Of a stretch of DNA of 64,000 nucleotides, positions 18,444 to 26,994 are shown piece after piece. Positions within the stretch are counted from its first letter, which is position 1. Each line of letters opens with the position of its first letter. A model generated the notes under the pieces. That model saw only the letters and a list, made by a program, of their open reading frames with translations. It searched no databases and was not told the origin of the DNA. Location of the stretch: positions 7,501-71,500 of the forward strand of contig CAYPSN010000004.1 in assembly GCA_964413715.1 (NCBI GenBank), in the 5' to 3' direction. A program made the translations under genes and the position numbers. This stretch comes from an uncultured Candidatus Saccharibacteria bacterium. Lineage in GTDB: Bacteria; Patescibacteriota; Saccharimonadia; CAILAD01; JADZBC01.

Positions 18444-18951
18444 CTTTTCTCCTTGCTATCACCATCGAGAGTTCGCGACCTGATAGGCTCGGTTCCTGCT
18501 CTTTGACGGCGATTTCTGCAATCTGGTTGTAGAAATCGTCTAGAATAGCTCTTCCTAGTTCTGGGTGAGTGATCTCTCTGCCCTTAAAACGTAGGTTTAC
18601 TTTTACTTTATTGCCTTGCTCAAGGAATTTTACAGCCGCTTTTTGCTTGACACTAATGTCGTGAACGCCAGTCTTGAGTCCGAGGCGGACTTGCTTAACT
18701 TCAACGTTCTTTTGATTGCGTCGGCTTTTTTGCAGCTGCTTCTCTTGTTCGTACCGATACTTGCCCCAATCTAGTAGTTTTACTACTGGGGGATCGGCGT
18801 TTGGAGATACTTCGGCTAGGTCTAGTCCTTTTTCCTCTGCAGTAGTAAGGGCCTCTCGAATAGAGACTACCCCTAGCTGCTGTGAATCGGAGTCGAGCAA
18901 TCTAACTGTTGGTGCAGTTATCTCGTGATTCAGCCGAATTCTTCCTTTTAT
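18421..18951 (-). CDS. infC: Translation initiation factor IF-3, probable non-AUG (ATA or ATT) start
   Basis: 'IRLNHEITAPTVRLLDSDSQQLGVVSIREALTTAEEKGLDLAEVSPNADPPVVKLLDWGKYRYE' is IF-3. The frame is open upstream of the tracked TTG to a stop. 'AAGGAGAtctcttATA' gives an SD plus 6 nt plus ATA at 18949-18951; ATT at 18937-18939 is an alternative. infC classically uses AUU/AUA for autoregulation. Confidence 0.75.
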   Translation of the reverse strand: MKGRIRLNHEITAPTVRLLDSDSQQLGVVSIREALTTAEEKGLDLAEVSPNADPPVVKLLDWGKYRYEQEKQLQKSRRNQKNVEVKQVRLGLKTGVHDISVKQKAAVKFLEQGNKVKVNLRFKGREITHPELGRAILDDFYNQIAEIAVKEQEPSLSGRELSMVIARRKDAQAKNE

Positions 18952-19013
18952 AAGAGATCTCCTTAAAGCTCAAAAGCTATGTTAACATTTCTTGGTCAGT
19001 AAATCAATACAAT

Positions 19014-19829
19014 TTATGCTAAAGCGCTGCTTTTTGCTTGGACGATAAACTGCTGTGTTTTAGTAAGTTTTTCTATCTTGATGTCGTTTCTTAGTTGAAC
19101 AATACCCTGAAGCAGTAAAGGCGCTTCAAGTGACAGCTTGGCGCTATTCGCTTTCAGCTTCAAGATCGATTGGTGCGATGGCGCAATAATCTTTGTTGCC
19201 AAATCTAAGCGCTGCCTGGCTTCTTTTTTATGCCGCTCGGCAATTGAAAGAATTCTAGCTTCTATGCAGAAGGCTTTGGGCTGCATCTGTCTGTCGGCGT
19301 CATGCTGGAGATTGGTGATGCGCCATGATGCGCGCGGAACGCTCAGTTCAAGCCGAGCATCTAGTCTTACTACGCTGTTAATTGCGGACGAAGGGGCGTC
19401 TGTATCGCTTTGTATAGGCTGCAATTCGCACTCCGATAAAATGGTAAAGTCCTCAACACGCAACAAGGGCATTGCAGCTCGCTTTGCTTTTAATAATGCA
19501 TCGCATGCTTGCTTCCAGTTTGTATAACCAAGCAGGGTGGAGCTCGGAGTCTCATTTTTTAGCGGGATATAGCCCAAAGCGATATCACGCTGATCATCAA
19601 GCAGGGCAGTAATAGCCGTATCAAGGCTAAAGTCATCTCCAATCACGACAATCGTTGGCTTCGTATGCATAGCGGCGGTTTTTTGAACCTGCTCGACAAT
19701 TTGTTGGGGGCTTTTCAGGTCATATTGCTGGCCGGCAATATGACTTGCCTTTATCCAGGCTTGAATTTTTGCTAGCTGTGCTCCAGAAGTTACTTTGGCT
19801 GCTCGGGAATCCAATAGGTAGTGGTGCAT
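19014..19829 (-). CDS. Hypothetical protein, possibly a degenerate DAGK_cat/YegS-like lipid-kinase fold
   Basis: 'PTIVVIGDDFSLDTAITALL...DIALGYIPL' resembles the GGDGT...G(I/L)PxGT motif but with substitutions (GGDGT becomes GDDFS). Confidence 0.3.
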   Translation of the reverse strand: MHHYLLDSRAAKVTSGAQLAKIQAWIKASHIAGQQYDLKSPQQIVEQVQKTAAMHTKPTIVVIGDDFSLDTAITALLDDQRDIALGYIPLKNETPSSTLLGYTNWKQACDALLKAKRAAMPLLRVEDFTILSECELQPIQSDTDAPSSAINSVVRLDARLELSVPRASWRITNLQHDADRQMQPKAFCIEARILSIAERHKKEARQRLDLATKIIAPSHQSILKLKANSAKLSLEAPLLLQGIVQLRNDIKIEKLTKTQQFIVQAKSSALA

Positions 19830-20203
19830 TATTTTGTTGTAATCCTTACATCTTTTAGTGTGCTACCGGGTTGAACATCAACTTTTTCGGCAACTATAGT
19901 CACTTGATTGAGTTTTGAACCGCCCTGAACAACAGCAGTGTCTTTGGCAGAAACCTTGCCACTCATAGCTCCCTGTATGTGGGTGACTCGGGAGGAAACA
20001 TTCCCGTTAAAAATAGCATTCGGGCCAATCGTAATATGCCCATCGCTCGCAACATTACCCGAGAAAGTGCTGTCGATAACGATATCTTCTTCACTGGCAT
20101 AATTGCCCTTCGCGGCAATTGGCTGCAGAATGTAGAGCTCATTCTCTGCAAGACTGGTTTTTTGGCGTACCTTTTTGAAATTATGTAGTAATTGAGACAA
20201 CAT
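19829..20203 (-). CDS. Bactofilin (CcmA/DUF583) cytoskeletal beta-helix protein
   Basis: Periodic beta-helix pattern 'IDSTFSGNVASDGHITIGPNAIFNGNVSSRVTHIQGAMSGKVSAKDTAVVQGGSKLNQVTIVAEKVDVQPGSTL'. Confidence 0.7.
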   Translation of the reverse strand: MLSQLLHNFKKVRQKTSLAENELYILQPIAAKGNYASEEDIVIDSTFSGNVASDGHITIGPNAIFNGNVSSRVTHIQGAMSGKVSAKDTAVVQGGSKLNQVTIVAEKVDVQPGSTLKDVRITTK

Positions 20204-20207
20204 TACC

Positions 20208-20672
20208 TTATTCGTCTCGGTTTGTCATAGCTTTTTGAATGGCTCGAACTTCTTCATCGGAAAGGTGGTGTTTGCTTTTTCCTTCGTTGATTTCTTTGGC
20301 ATAAAGGCGCGCGCCGGTTCGTGAATGGATTGCCGACAAGACAAAGCCATCTAAGTGGCGATTAAGAGCTGCTAGGCAGAAGCTCTGGTCTCCACCTTTG
20401 TCGTTAAATGGGTTAAAGCGTACCATGCCTACCCTCGTTAAGCCGCGCGAGCTCAGTTTATGGAGGCTTGCGCTGAAGGTTGCAAGCTCATCAAGCTTGT
20501 GGGCAGTCTCTTTTACTTCAAGATCATACTTTTTTAAGAGCTGCTCAATTGATTTTGGGTCTTGTTTGTCAAAAAACACTCCATAGGACTTCTTAAGTGC
20601 AAAAATTTGCGCCAAGCAGTAGGCGGCAGTCAAAACAGATATAAGGCTTATGACAATTAGAATGATGTCCAC
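20208..20672 (-). CDS. Small membrane-anchored protein, DUF4446-like. Family assignment is from memory and uncertain.
   Basis: N-terminal TM 'IILIVISLISVLTAAYCLAQIF' then 'GMVRFNPFNDKGGDQSFCLAALNRHLDGFVLSAIHSRTGARLYAKEI'. Confidence 0.35.
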   Translation of the reverse strand: MDIILIVISLISVLTAAYCLAQIFALKKSYGVFFDKQDPKSIEQLLKKYDLEVKETAHKLDELATFSASLHKLSSRGLTRVGMVRFNPFNDKGGDQSFCLAALNRHLDGFVLSAIHSRTGARLYAKEINEGKSKHHLSDEEVRAIQKAMTNRDE

Positions 20673-20765
20673 AAAATCTCGACTTTACAGTCCTACCATT
20701 ATAGCGAGAACATGGTACTATTGGCAACGAGAATCAGATGGTACAATAATAGGTGATAGTGAGGA

Positions 20766-21113
20766 GTGAAGGATATGGCAAAGAAAAAGAAGCGAAACCG
20801 AAAAAGATCTACGTATAAACAGCAGCCAAGTACAGTTCGACGGTCCGAGAATAATCAGGAAGTACAACAAGAAAGCCCTGTGGCAGTAGGTTCTCAGACA
20901 GCTGCGCCTAATCAAGTTAAGCAAGCGAAAACTAATGTTCAGGCTAAAGTTGAGAAGAAAGTTGACGATGAGGTTGGAGACAGGGCACGCCGGGAAGTTC
21001 GTCACTCACTTCTTATTGCTGCGGCCGTGATGGCTGGCTTGATTGGTCTATGGTGCTTGTTTAGCTTTACGAGTCTAGGACGCGAAGTTTATAAATTGTT
21101 CCTCATCAAATAG
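20766..21113 (+). CDS. Hypothetical protein: very basic N-terminus (K/R-rich) with a C-terminal TM helix
   Basis: 'KKKKRNRKRSTYKQQ...' and C-terminal 'LLIAAAVMAGLIGLWCLFSF'. No homology recognised. Confidence 0.3.
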   Translation: MKDMAKKKKRNRKRSTYKQQPSTVRRSENNQEVQQESPVAVGSQTAAPNQVKQAKTNVQAKVEKKVDDEVGDRARREVRHSLLIAAAVMAGLIGLWCLFSFTSLGREVYKLFLIK

Positions 21114-21137
21114 ACTTAGCAAGCTGTAGGCTGCAGG

Positions 21138-22634
21138 TTAGAGCCGGTATTGCAGCGCTTCGGCAAAGTGTGTTTGTTGGATAGACTGGCTGTCGGCTAA
21201 ATCTGCAATTGTGCGACTAACCTTTAATATCCGCATATATGATCGGGCAGAAAGCGACAGCTTACGAACTGCTTGGTCTGCCAGCGCCTGGGTTGCAGAG
21301 TCAAGTTGGCAGAAATCTTTGATGTGTTTGTTGGTAAGACCACTGTTTGCCATAACATGACCATTGGTTTGTCGCATTTGTTGACGCTTGCGAGCTTGCA
21401 TGACGCGGAGTTTCACTTCTTTGCTAGATTCACCACGCTTTTGCTCGAGTAGCTCGGGGCTTTCTATCCGACTCATTTGAACCTTTAGGTCAATCCTATC
21501 CAGCAGGGGGCCAGAAACCTTGTTTTGGTAACGATTAATTTGGTTCGGGCTACACTGGCAGGTGGTTGATGGATCGCCGGCGTAGCCACATGGGCATGGG
21601 TTCTGGGTTGCTACAAGCATGAAATTTGCCGGGAATTGATATGTGGCCTGGGCTCGAGCAATGCTTACCACGCCATCTTCGATCGGTTGACGTAGTACCT
21701 CTAGAACGTGGCGAGGAAATTCTGGCAACTCATCAAGGAATAGTACGCCGTGGTGGGCGAGGCTGATTTCTCCAGGTTTTGGCCACTGGCCGCCGCCGGT
21801 AAGTGCTATGCTGCTTGCCGTGTGATGTGGTGATCGAAACGGCCGTGCAGTTACAAGCTCCTCACTCGGGCTGCATAAGCCATGTATACGGGTTACATCT
21901 ATCATTTCCTGATACGTTAAGTCAGGTAAGATTCCGGCAATTGCTTTTGCCAACATCGTTTTTCCTGAACCTGGCGGGCCTGATAATAAGATGTTGTGTC
22001 CACCGGCTGCGGCTATTTCAGCAGCTCTTTTGGCATGCTCTTGGCCATAGATGTCTGCTAGATCGATTTCATGTACTCTGGACTCTGGGTTGTGGCTTAC
22101 ACCTCGAGAGGTGGCTGGTATACATACTTCCCCTATGAGATGCAAGTAAAGCTGTTGAAGATTCTTAACCGGATAAATATCGATATCATTAATAAGCGCA
22201 GCACTGTTGGCGTTCTGGTGGGGTACAAAAATCTGCTTGAAGCCTCTGGTCGCCGCAGCTTGTGCTGCAGCCAAACAACCCGAGACGCCACGGGTTGTGC
22301 CATCGAGCGCCAGTTCGCCATAAAAGATTGTTTCTGAAAGGTCGGTTGAAATTTGACCAGATGACACCAAGATTGCAATGGCGATACCTAGGTCAAAGGC
22401 GCTGCCGGTTTTGGGTAAATCGGCTGGAGCTAAGTTAACTGTTAGCCGCTTGGGCGGGAAGTTGAGTCCTGAGTTCTTGATGGCGCTCCGAACTCGCTCT
22501 TTTGATTCCTCAACGGCTTTATTGGCCAGTCCAACCACTGTAAAGCCGGGTAGGCCATTGCTCATGTCGGATTCGATATCGATTATTTGGGCGTCAAGCC
22601 CAATGTGGGCCACGCTTCGAACTGTCGCCAGCAT
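21138..22634 (-). CDS. comM: YifB/ComM family Mg-chelatase-like AAA+ ATPase
   Basis: N-terminus 'VAHIGLDAQIIDIE.DMSNGLPGFTVVGL' (Lon-like/ChlI), Walker A 'LSGPPGSGKTMLAKAI', about 500 aa. Confidence 0.85.
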   Translation of the reverse strand: MLATVRSVAHIGLDAQIIDIESDMSNGLPGFTVVGLANKAVEESKERVRSAIKNSGLNFPPKRLTVNLAPADLPKTGSAFDLGIAIAILVSSGQISTDLSETIFYGELALDGTTRGVSGCLAAAQAAATRGFKQIFVPHQNANSAALINDIDIYPVKNLQQLYLHLIGEVCIPATSRGVSHNPESRVHEIDLADIYGQEHAKRAAEIAAAGGHNILLSGPPGSGKTMLAKAIAGILPDLTYQEMIDVTRIHGLCSPSEELVTARPFRSPHHTASSIALTGGGQWPKPGEISLAHHGVLFLDELPEFPRHVLEVLRQPIEDGVVSIARAQATYQFPANFMLVATQNPCPCGYAGDPSTTCQCSPNQINRYQNKVSGPLLDRIDLKVQMSRIESPELLEQKRGESSKEVKLRVMQARKRQQMRQTNGHVMANSGLTNKHIKDFCQLDSATQALADQAVRKLSLSARSYMRILKVSRTIADLADSQSIQQTHFAEALQYRL

Positions 22635-22639
22635 AAAAA

Positions 22640-22668
22640 CCTCCTTTTGAAAGGAGAATAACGAATGA
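22640..22668 (-). promoter_or_regulatory. Hairpin overlapping the comM Shine-Dalgarno. It could act as an intrinsic terminator for the upstream GalT-like gene and/or as an RBS-sequestering element.
   Basis: Minus-sense 'tctcctttcaaaaggagg tttttATG': stem CTCCTT/AAGGAG contains AAGGAGG, 6 nt from the comM ATG, followed by a U-run. Confidence 0.35.
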
Positions 22669-22691
22669 AAACCGAACTGTCAACACTATCT

Positions 22692-23798
22692 TTATTGGCT
22701 TTTATACCACCTTGCAGCGTCTTCTGGAGATATGGTATTTATCATGACGCCGGTAGAAACTTCAAGGCCGCCCAGGGGGCTGACCACATTGCGTCCATAT
22801 ATTTTCATAACACAGCGCTGGTTGGGGGAAAGCGCGTTTTCAATAAAATAATTGTAGTTTATTCCAAATTTGTTGAGTTTATGTAGAAGTTTTAACAACG
22901 TATCTGCAAAACTTTTAATTTCTTTTTTGTTTAATTCCTCAAAGCTCATAATCTGTCGCTTTGGGATTATCCAGGTTTCGAGCGACCATTGCGAAGCATA
23001 CGGGGCAATACACAGAAGCTCATCGCTATCAAAAATAACTCGCTGTTTTTGCTTGAGTTCATAAGCAATAATGTCGTCGAATGGATGGCTATGCTGTTTA
23101 GAGGCATAAGTATCGGCGACTCTTGCCTTTTCTTGCAGGTGAGGCGGCACAATTGGGAGAGCAAAAATCTGTGTGTGGGCATGGGCAAGAGAGGCGCCAG
23201 CATGGTGACCATCATTCTTAAATATCTGTACGTATTGAATATGAGGTACTCTCTTTAAGGCGCTAAGGCGCTTTTGAAACATCATGAGTACGTCCTCGGT
23301 AGATTCTAAGCTTAGCTTGCCCGGAGGCATATTACTAAGCGGCGTGTCTACAACGATCTCTTGCTGGCCATAGGCCTTAACGTTATCCAGGGTGATGGCG
23401 GGAAATTTGTTCTTTACTACGCGGACAGGCCAGCCACCAAGTGGTGATTTTAGCTCGTCTATAAGGCCTTGTTCGTCCAAATGGGGGCTCGAAGCCGTTT
23501 CAATGAGCGGATGGTCGTTGCCCCGAAAATCAAATGGACGGTTATGGCGCTTGGGGGCAATAATCACGTATTCGTCATAAATGTAATCTCGCCGTATTTC
23601 GGCTTCGGTATCGGTAATTGTCAGGCCGATCGAGCTTTCTTTTGCTGGCTTACGGTCTTTAGGGGGTGTGCTTTTGCTGAGGGCTGGCTGGGTCTGGTTT
23701 GATTTTGGTGCATTTTGTGGCACGGAAACAGAAGCCCCTGACTTTTTGTGTAATGAATTAGCCTTTTTCCCGCGCAATGTTGCTCCGCCCAAGTTCAA
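22692..23798 (-). CDS. Galactose-1-phosphate uridylyltransferase (GalT)-like HIT-superfamily nucleotidyltransferase, with a long low-complexity N-terminal extension
   Basis: Two GalT-like halves: 'YVIIAPKRHNRPF', the 'AHAHTQIF' HxHxQ motif, and 'IAPYASQWSLETWIIPKRQIMSFEEL'. The first roughly 80 aa are S/P/K-rich and the true start may lie downstream. Confidence 0.5.
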   Translation of the reverse strand: MNLGGATLRGKKANSLHKKSGASVSVPQNAPKSNQTQPALSKSTPPKDRKPAKESSIGLTITDTEAEIRRDYIYDEYVIIAPKRHNRPFDFRGNDHPLIETASSPHLDEQGLIDELKSPLGGWPVRVVKNKFPAITLDNVKAYGQQEIVVDTPLSNMPPGKLSLESTEDVLMMFQKRLSALKRVPHIQYVQIFKNDGHHAGASLAHAHTQIFALPIVPPHLQEKARVADTYASKQHSHPFDDIIAYELKQKQRVIFDSDELLCIAPYASQWSLETWIIPKRQIMSFEELNKKEIKSFADTLLKLLHKLNKFGINYNYFIENALSPNQRCVMKIYGRNVVSPLGGLEVSTGVMINTISPEDAARWYKSQ

Positions 23799-23830
23799 TT
23801 ACCCTAATGATAGCAGCTTACTTCTTATGT

Positions 23831-25090
23831 TTAAAGGTTATGGCTGCGCTTCTCGATGACTTCTTTATACATTTCTATCAGTTGTTTGGCTTGATTGGTG
23901 CCTGAGTAGTTCTGGGCAAGCTCAAGGCTTTTTACGCCGAATTGCTCAATCAGTCGAGGGTGCTTGAGGAGCTTTAGACATTTATGAGCAAAGTCTCTGG
24001 GATGGTTGCGGGCATGGAGGCCATTATGGTTGTTTTGAGTAAGCTCGGAGATCTTGTTGTCGACAAACACAACTGGTTTGCTCTGCGCGCAGGCTTCGTT
24101 AATGACAAGCCCTTGAGTGTCGGTGATAGAAGGGAATACAAACACATCACAGCTACGTAGAGCGCCTATGACCTGCGTTCGGTTTAGTCCGCCGGTAAAG
24201 ATGACAGAATTATCTAATCCAAGCTCTTGAGCAAGCCCGTTCAGTCGCTCGCGTTCTTCTTCGCCTGGCCCAGCGAGAACAAGCTTCGCATTAGGCTCTT
24301 TATGGAGAATATGCGGCAAACTGCGAACCAGAAGTTCTAGATTTTTTTCTTGGCCAATACGACCAAGGTAGAGCAAAACGCGCGCTGTCTTATCAAGGTC
24401 ATATTGCTTACGCAGGTCATAGTCGCTTTTACTCTTGGTCTCGGCTAGGTCTATACCTGTCGGCAGCACTTTGATAGGGGCTGGTGTGTGGTATTTATGC
24501 AGAAGTCGTTCGATTTTACGCGATGGCGCAATAACTAGGTCAAAGTTCTGGTGAAGGGCGTTTAGGGTTTCGCGAATAAGCTTGCTGCTCCAGCTAACGT
24601 TGTCCTCGCTGTTGCGCATGGATGCAATACGGTCACGTAACCCAACTGGCGCATTCAAAATCAATGGCCCGACAAGGGTGCCCACCACAAAACCACCCAA
24701 GAGGCGCTTATATATCTTGGCGTATTGTTCGATGTCGGTGTGGTAGGTGGTGATGAGCGGTATGTTGTCAGCAATAGCAATGCGCGCACCCATAAAGCCA
24801 ATTGGTGTAGGAGTGTGAACATGGATTACATCGAGGTTATAGGAGCGAATCAGCCGTGCGTTAGCTGGAGTCCAGGGCATTGTGTCGCGATGATCAGGGT
24901 GGAATATGCTTTTAACTGAGCGAAAACGAATGATATTGGCAGGTTCATGGGTGACTTTTTTTGCTGGAGCAGGGCAGAATATAAAAACTTCGTGACCAAG
25001 CTTTTCTAGCTCGCGCGCAAAGATATCAATTGAAACACTTACGCCGTCAATCAGCGGGAAGTATCGGTCGGTAAAAAAGCCTATCTTCAT
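23831..25090 (-). CDS. Glycosyltransferase family 4
   Basis: 'MKIGFFTDRYFPLIDGVSV' N-terminal GT-B start and C-terminal 'FPSITDTQGLVINEACAQSKPVV'. Confidence 0.75.
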   Translation of the reverse strand: MKIGFFTDRYFPLIDGVSVSIDIFARELEKLGHEVFIFCPAPAKKVTHEPANIIRFRSVKSIFHPDHRDTMPWTPANARLIRSYNLDVIHVHTPTPIGFMGARIAIADNIPLITTYHTDIEQYAKIYKRLLGGFVVGTLVGPLILNAPVGLRDRIASMRNSEDNVSWSSKLIRETLNALHQNFDLVIAPSRKIERLLHKYHTPAPIKVLPTGIDLAETKSKSDYDLRKQYDLDKTARVLLYLGRIGQEKNLELLVRSLPHILHKEPNAKLVLAGPGEEERERLNGLAQELGLDNSVIFTGGLNRTQVIGALRSCDVFVFPSITDTQGLVINEACAQSKPVVFVDNKISELTQNNHNGLHARNHPRDFAHKCLKLLKHPRLIEQFGVKSLELAQNYSGTNQAKQLIEMYKEVIEKRSHNL

Positions 25091-26247
25091 GGCAGGAGTT
25101 TCTTATAAATTGCTTCGTAGGTGTCGAACATGACGTCGGTAGAGTGGCTGGTTTGGACAATTTTTAGACTTTCTTTGCCAAACGATGTTCTTTTTACATC
25201 ATCTCTCAACAGGTCAATAAGCCGTTTTGCCAGCTCTTGATGTTGGTTTTCGCTAAATAAATAGCCATTTTCGCCATCATGCACAAGTTCTTTAAGGGCC
25301 GCTACGTCAACTGCGACAACAGGGCGAGCTGTCGCCATGGCTTCTAGCGTAACAATGCTCTGAAGCTCTGCCGGTGAGCTAATCACGAAGATGTCGCATA
25401 GGTTATAAAACAATGGCTTGTCGCTTTCATCGATGTAGCCCGTGAAGGTTACCGACTTTTCGATACGCAGTGACTTGGTAAGCTTTTTTAGGTTATCCAT
25501 TTCTTTGCCGAAGCCAACAATCATCAGGTGGCACTTGTTGTTCTTCAGTACCTCTGGCATGGCGCGTAGAATGATGTCGATTCGCTTCTCGCCATCCACT
25601 CTGCCTAAGTAGAGTAATACTGGCAGGTTTGGTAGGCCATATTTCTTCTTCAAAGCTGAAGCGTCCAGGCCTGGTTTGAACACACCCAGGTCTATGCCGT
25701 TACTGACCGGTTGCAAAGGTTTTGTAACACCGAATTTTTCTAGAAATTCGGTTGCCGTTGGGGTGGGTGAGGTGACAAAATCACAGCGATTATGGAACCA
25801 GACCAAGTACTTCCAGACGATCTTGTAGAGAGCGGCATACAAAAACTTTGTCCACTTCAGATTGAGCAAGATGTTTTCGGGCATTAAGTGGTTTGTAGCA
25901 ACAATAGGTATGCCATGCTTGCGGGCGTAGCGTTGCGCAGTCAGGCCGAGAAGGCCGGGGTTGTGAATGTGGATTACATCTGGTTTAGTCGCCTTGAAAA
26001 TCTTCTTGGTATGCATTGCTGGCCAAAAGCTAACCTTGTACTTACGGTTAAATATCAGCGTTATGGCTCGTTCGCGATAGATCGTAGTTTTACCATCCGG
26101 TTCGGTGTAGTTGGAGAAGTTCTTGGCTGGAGCCCAAATCGACACCTTATGACCCTTGTCGGCTAGACCAAGCGCCAGGCGTCGCTCAAACAAAGCACCG
26201 CCGTCTGCATTGGGCCAGTATGATTCGGTTACGAGCAGGATGTTCAT
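25087..26247 (-). CDS. Glycosyltransferase family 4
   Basis: 'MNILLVTESYWPNADGGALF' and 'SPAELQSIVTLEAMATARPVVA'. Its start overlaps the upstream GT4 gene, suggesting an operon. Confidence 0.75.
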   Translation of the reverse strand: MNILLVTESYWPNADGGALFERRLALGLADKGHKVSIWAPAKNFSNYTEPDGKTTIYRERAITLIFNRKYKVSFWPAMHTKKIFKATKPDVIHIHNPGLLGLTAQRYARKHGIPIVATNHLMPENILLNLKWTKFLYAALYKIVWKYLVWFHNRCDFVTSPTPTATEFLEKFGVTKPLQPVSNGIDLGVFKPGLDASALKKKYGLPNLPVLLYLGRVDGEKRIDIILRAMPEVLKNNKCHLMIVGFGKEMDNLKKLTKSLRIEKSVTFTGYIDESDKPLFYNLCDIFVISSPAELQSIVTLEAMATARPVVAVDVAALKELVHDGENGYLFSENQHQELAKRLIDLLRDDVKRTSFGKESLKIVQTSHSTDVMFDTYEAIYKKLLP

Positions 26248-26327
26248 AATGATTATTATGGCTGTTTTCGAGGCATCTGCCTAGTCTTTATGACACTAAA
26301 ACACTAGCGTTTTAGCTTAAAATAAGG

Positions 26328-26333
26328 TATAAT
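26328..26333 (+). promoter_or_regulatory. -10 element (TATAAT) positioned 9 nt upstream of the tmRNA 5' end
   Basis: 'aaataaggTATAATtgtgttatGGGGCTG'. Confidence 0.35.
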
Positions 26334-26341
26334 TGTGTTAT

Positions 26342-26729
26342 GGGGCTGATCAGCTTCGACGTTGGAATCTTGAAATATAACTGCAGGTCGCCTAATCGAC
26401 GTTACAGATTAAACCCAATAAGTGTAAACACACTCGTTAGCAAAGTAAAAGCTGCTTTTCGCATGCCAAGCTTTGCGCCAGCTTTCGCTTAATTGATGAA
26501 AGCCGTTTTCGTAGCTGACGTCAGATACGCTACAAGACGTCACTTTATCTGACTGCCTAATGGTCGTTCTGTCCGATTGTTGTTAAGACAAAGAACAGAA
26601 AAGTGTTGCGTGCGTTTCGCTTACTTATAGCGCGCAAACCTTTTGAAACAAAGCTCAAGTAAGCTAAGCCTGTAGTAGGTTATATAGATGGACTAGCGGA
26701 CCAGGGTGCGATTCCCTGCAGCTCCACCA
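26342..26729 (+). ncRNA. ssrA: tmRNA (SsrA)
   Basis: 5' end 'GGGGCTGATCAGCTTCGACGTTGG' matches the tmRNA 5' consensus (E. coli GGGGCUGAUUCUGGAUUCGACGGG). 3' end has T-arm 'cAGGGtgcgattCCCTg', acceptor strand 'CAGCTCC', then A-CCA. The 7 bp acceptor stem includes the G3:U70 alanine identity pair. Candidate tag ORF '(A)AFRMPSFAPAFA' ends at TAA 26490-26492. The structure is bracketed by a promoter and a terminator and contains no long ORF. Confidence 0.8.
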
Positions 26730-26744
26730 GTAATTTTCTATAAA

Positions 26745-26776
26745 AGACCCCCTAAGCTTCCGTGGGGGTCTTTTAT
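26745..26776. terminator. Strong rho-independent terminator after ssrA (potentially bidirectional)
   Basis: 'aaaagaccccc taagcttccgt gggggtctttt'. Confidence 0.6.
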
Positions 26777-26887
26777 ATTTGTATTTGTAATGTAGAAATT
26801 ACAACATGCATTAACAGGTTGGGGGCGTGAAAAATTGGGATCGAATATGAATTGTGTTCAATTAGCAGAAAATGATAATTTTTCTCC

Positions 26888-26916
26888 TGGACTTATCCTG
26901 TTGGGAAGGCTAAAAT
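26888..26916 (+). promoter_or_regulatory. Putative promoter of giant gene 2 (-10 TAAAAT), placing the TSS at the conserved leader 'aagcattattaa'
   Basis: Read directly. Position relative to the conserved leader is the same as in paralog 1. Confidence 0.35.
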
Positions 26917-26994
26917 ATACATAAGCATTATTAACAGGGAATAGATGGTGGCTTTTCTCCTGTAAAAGAGATACCATCAAAAACAAAACAACCC

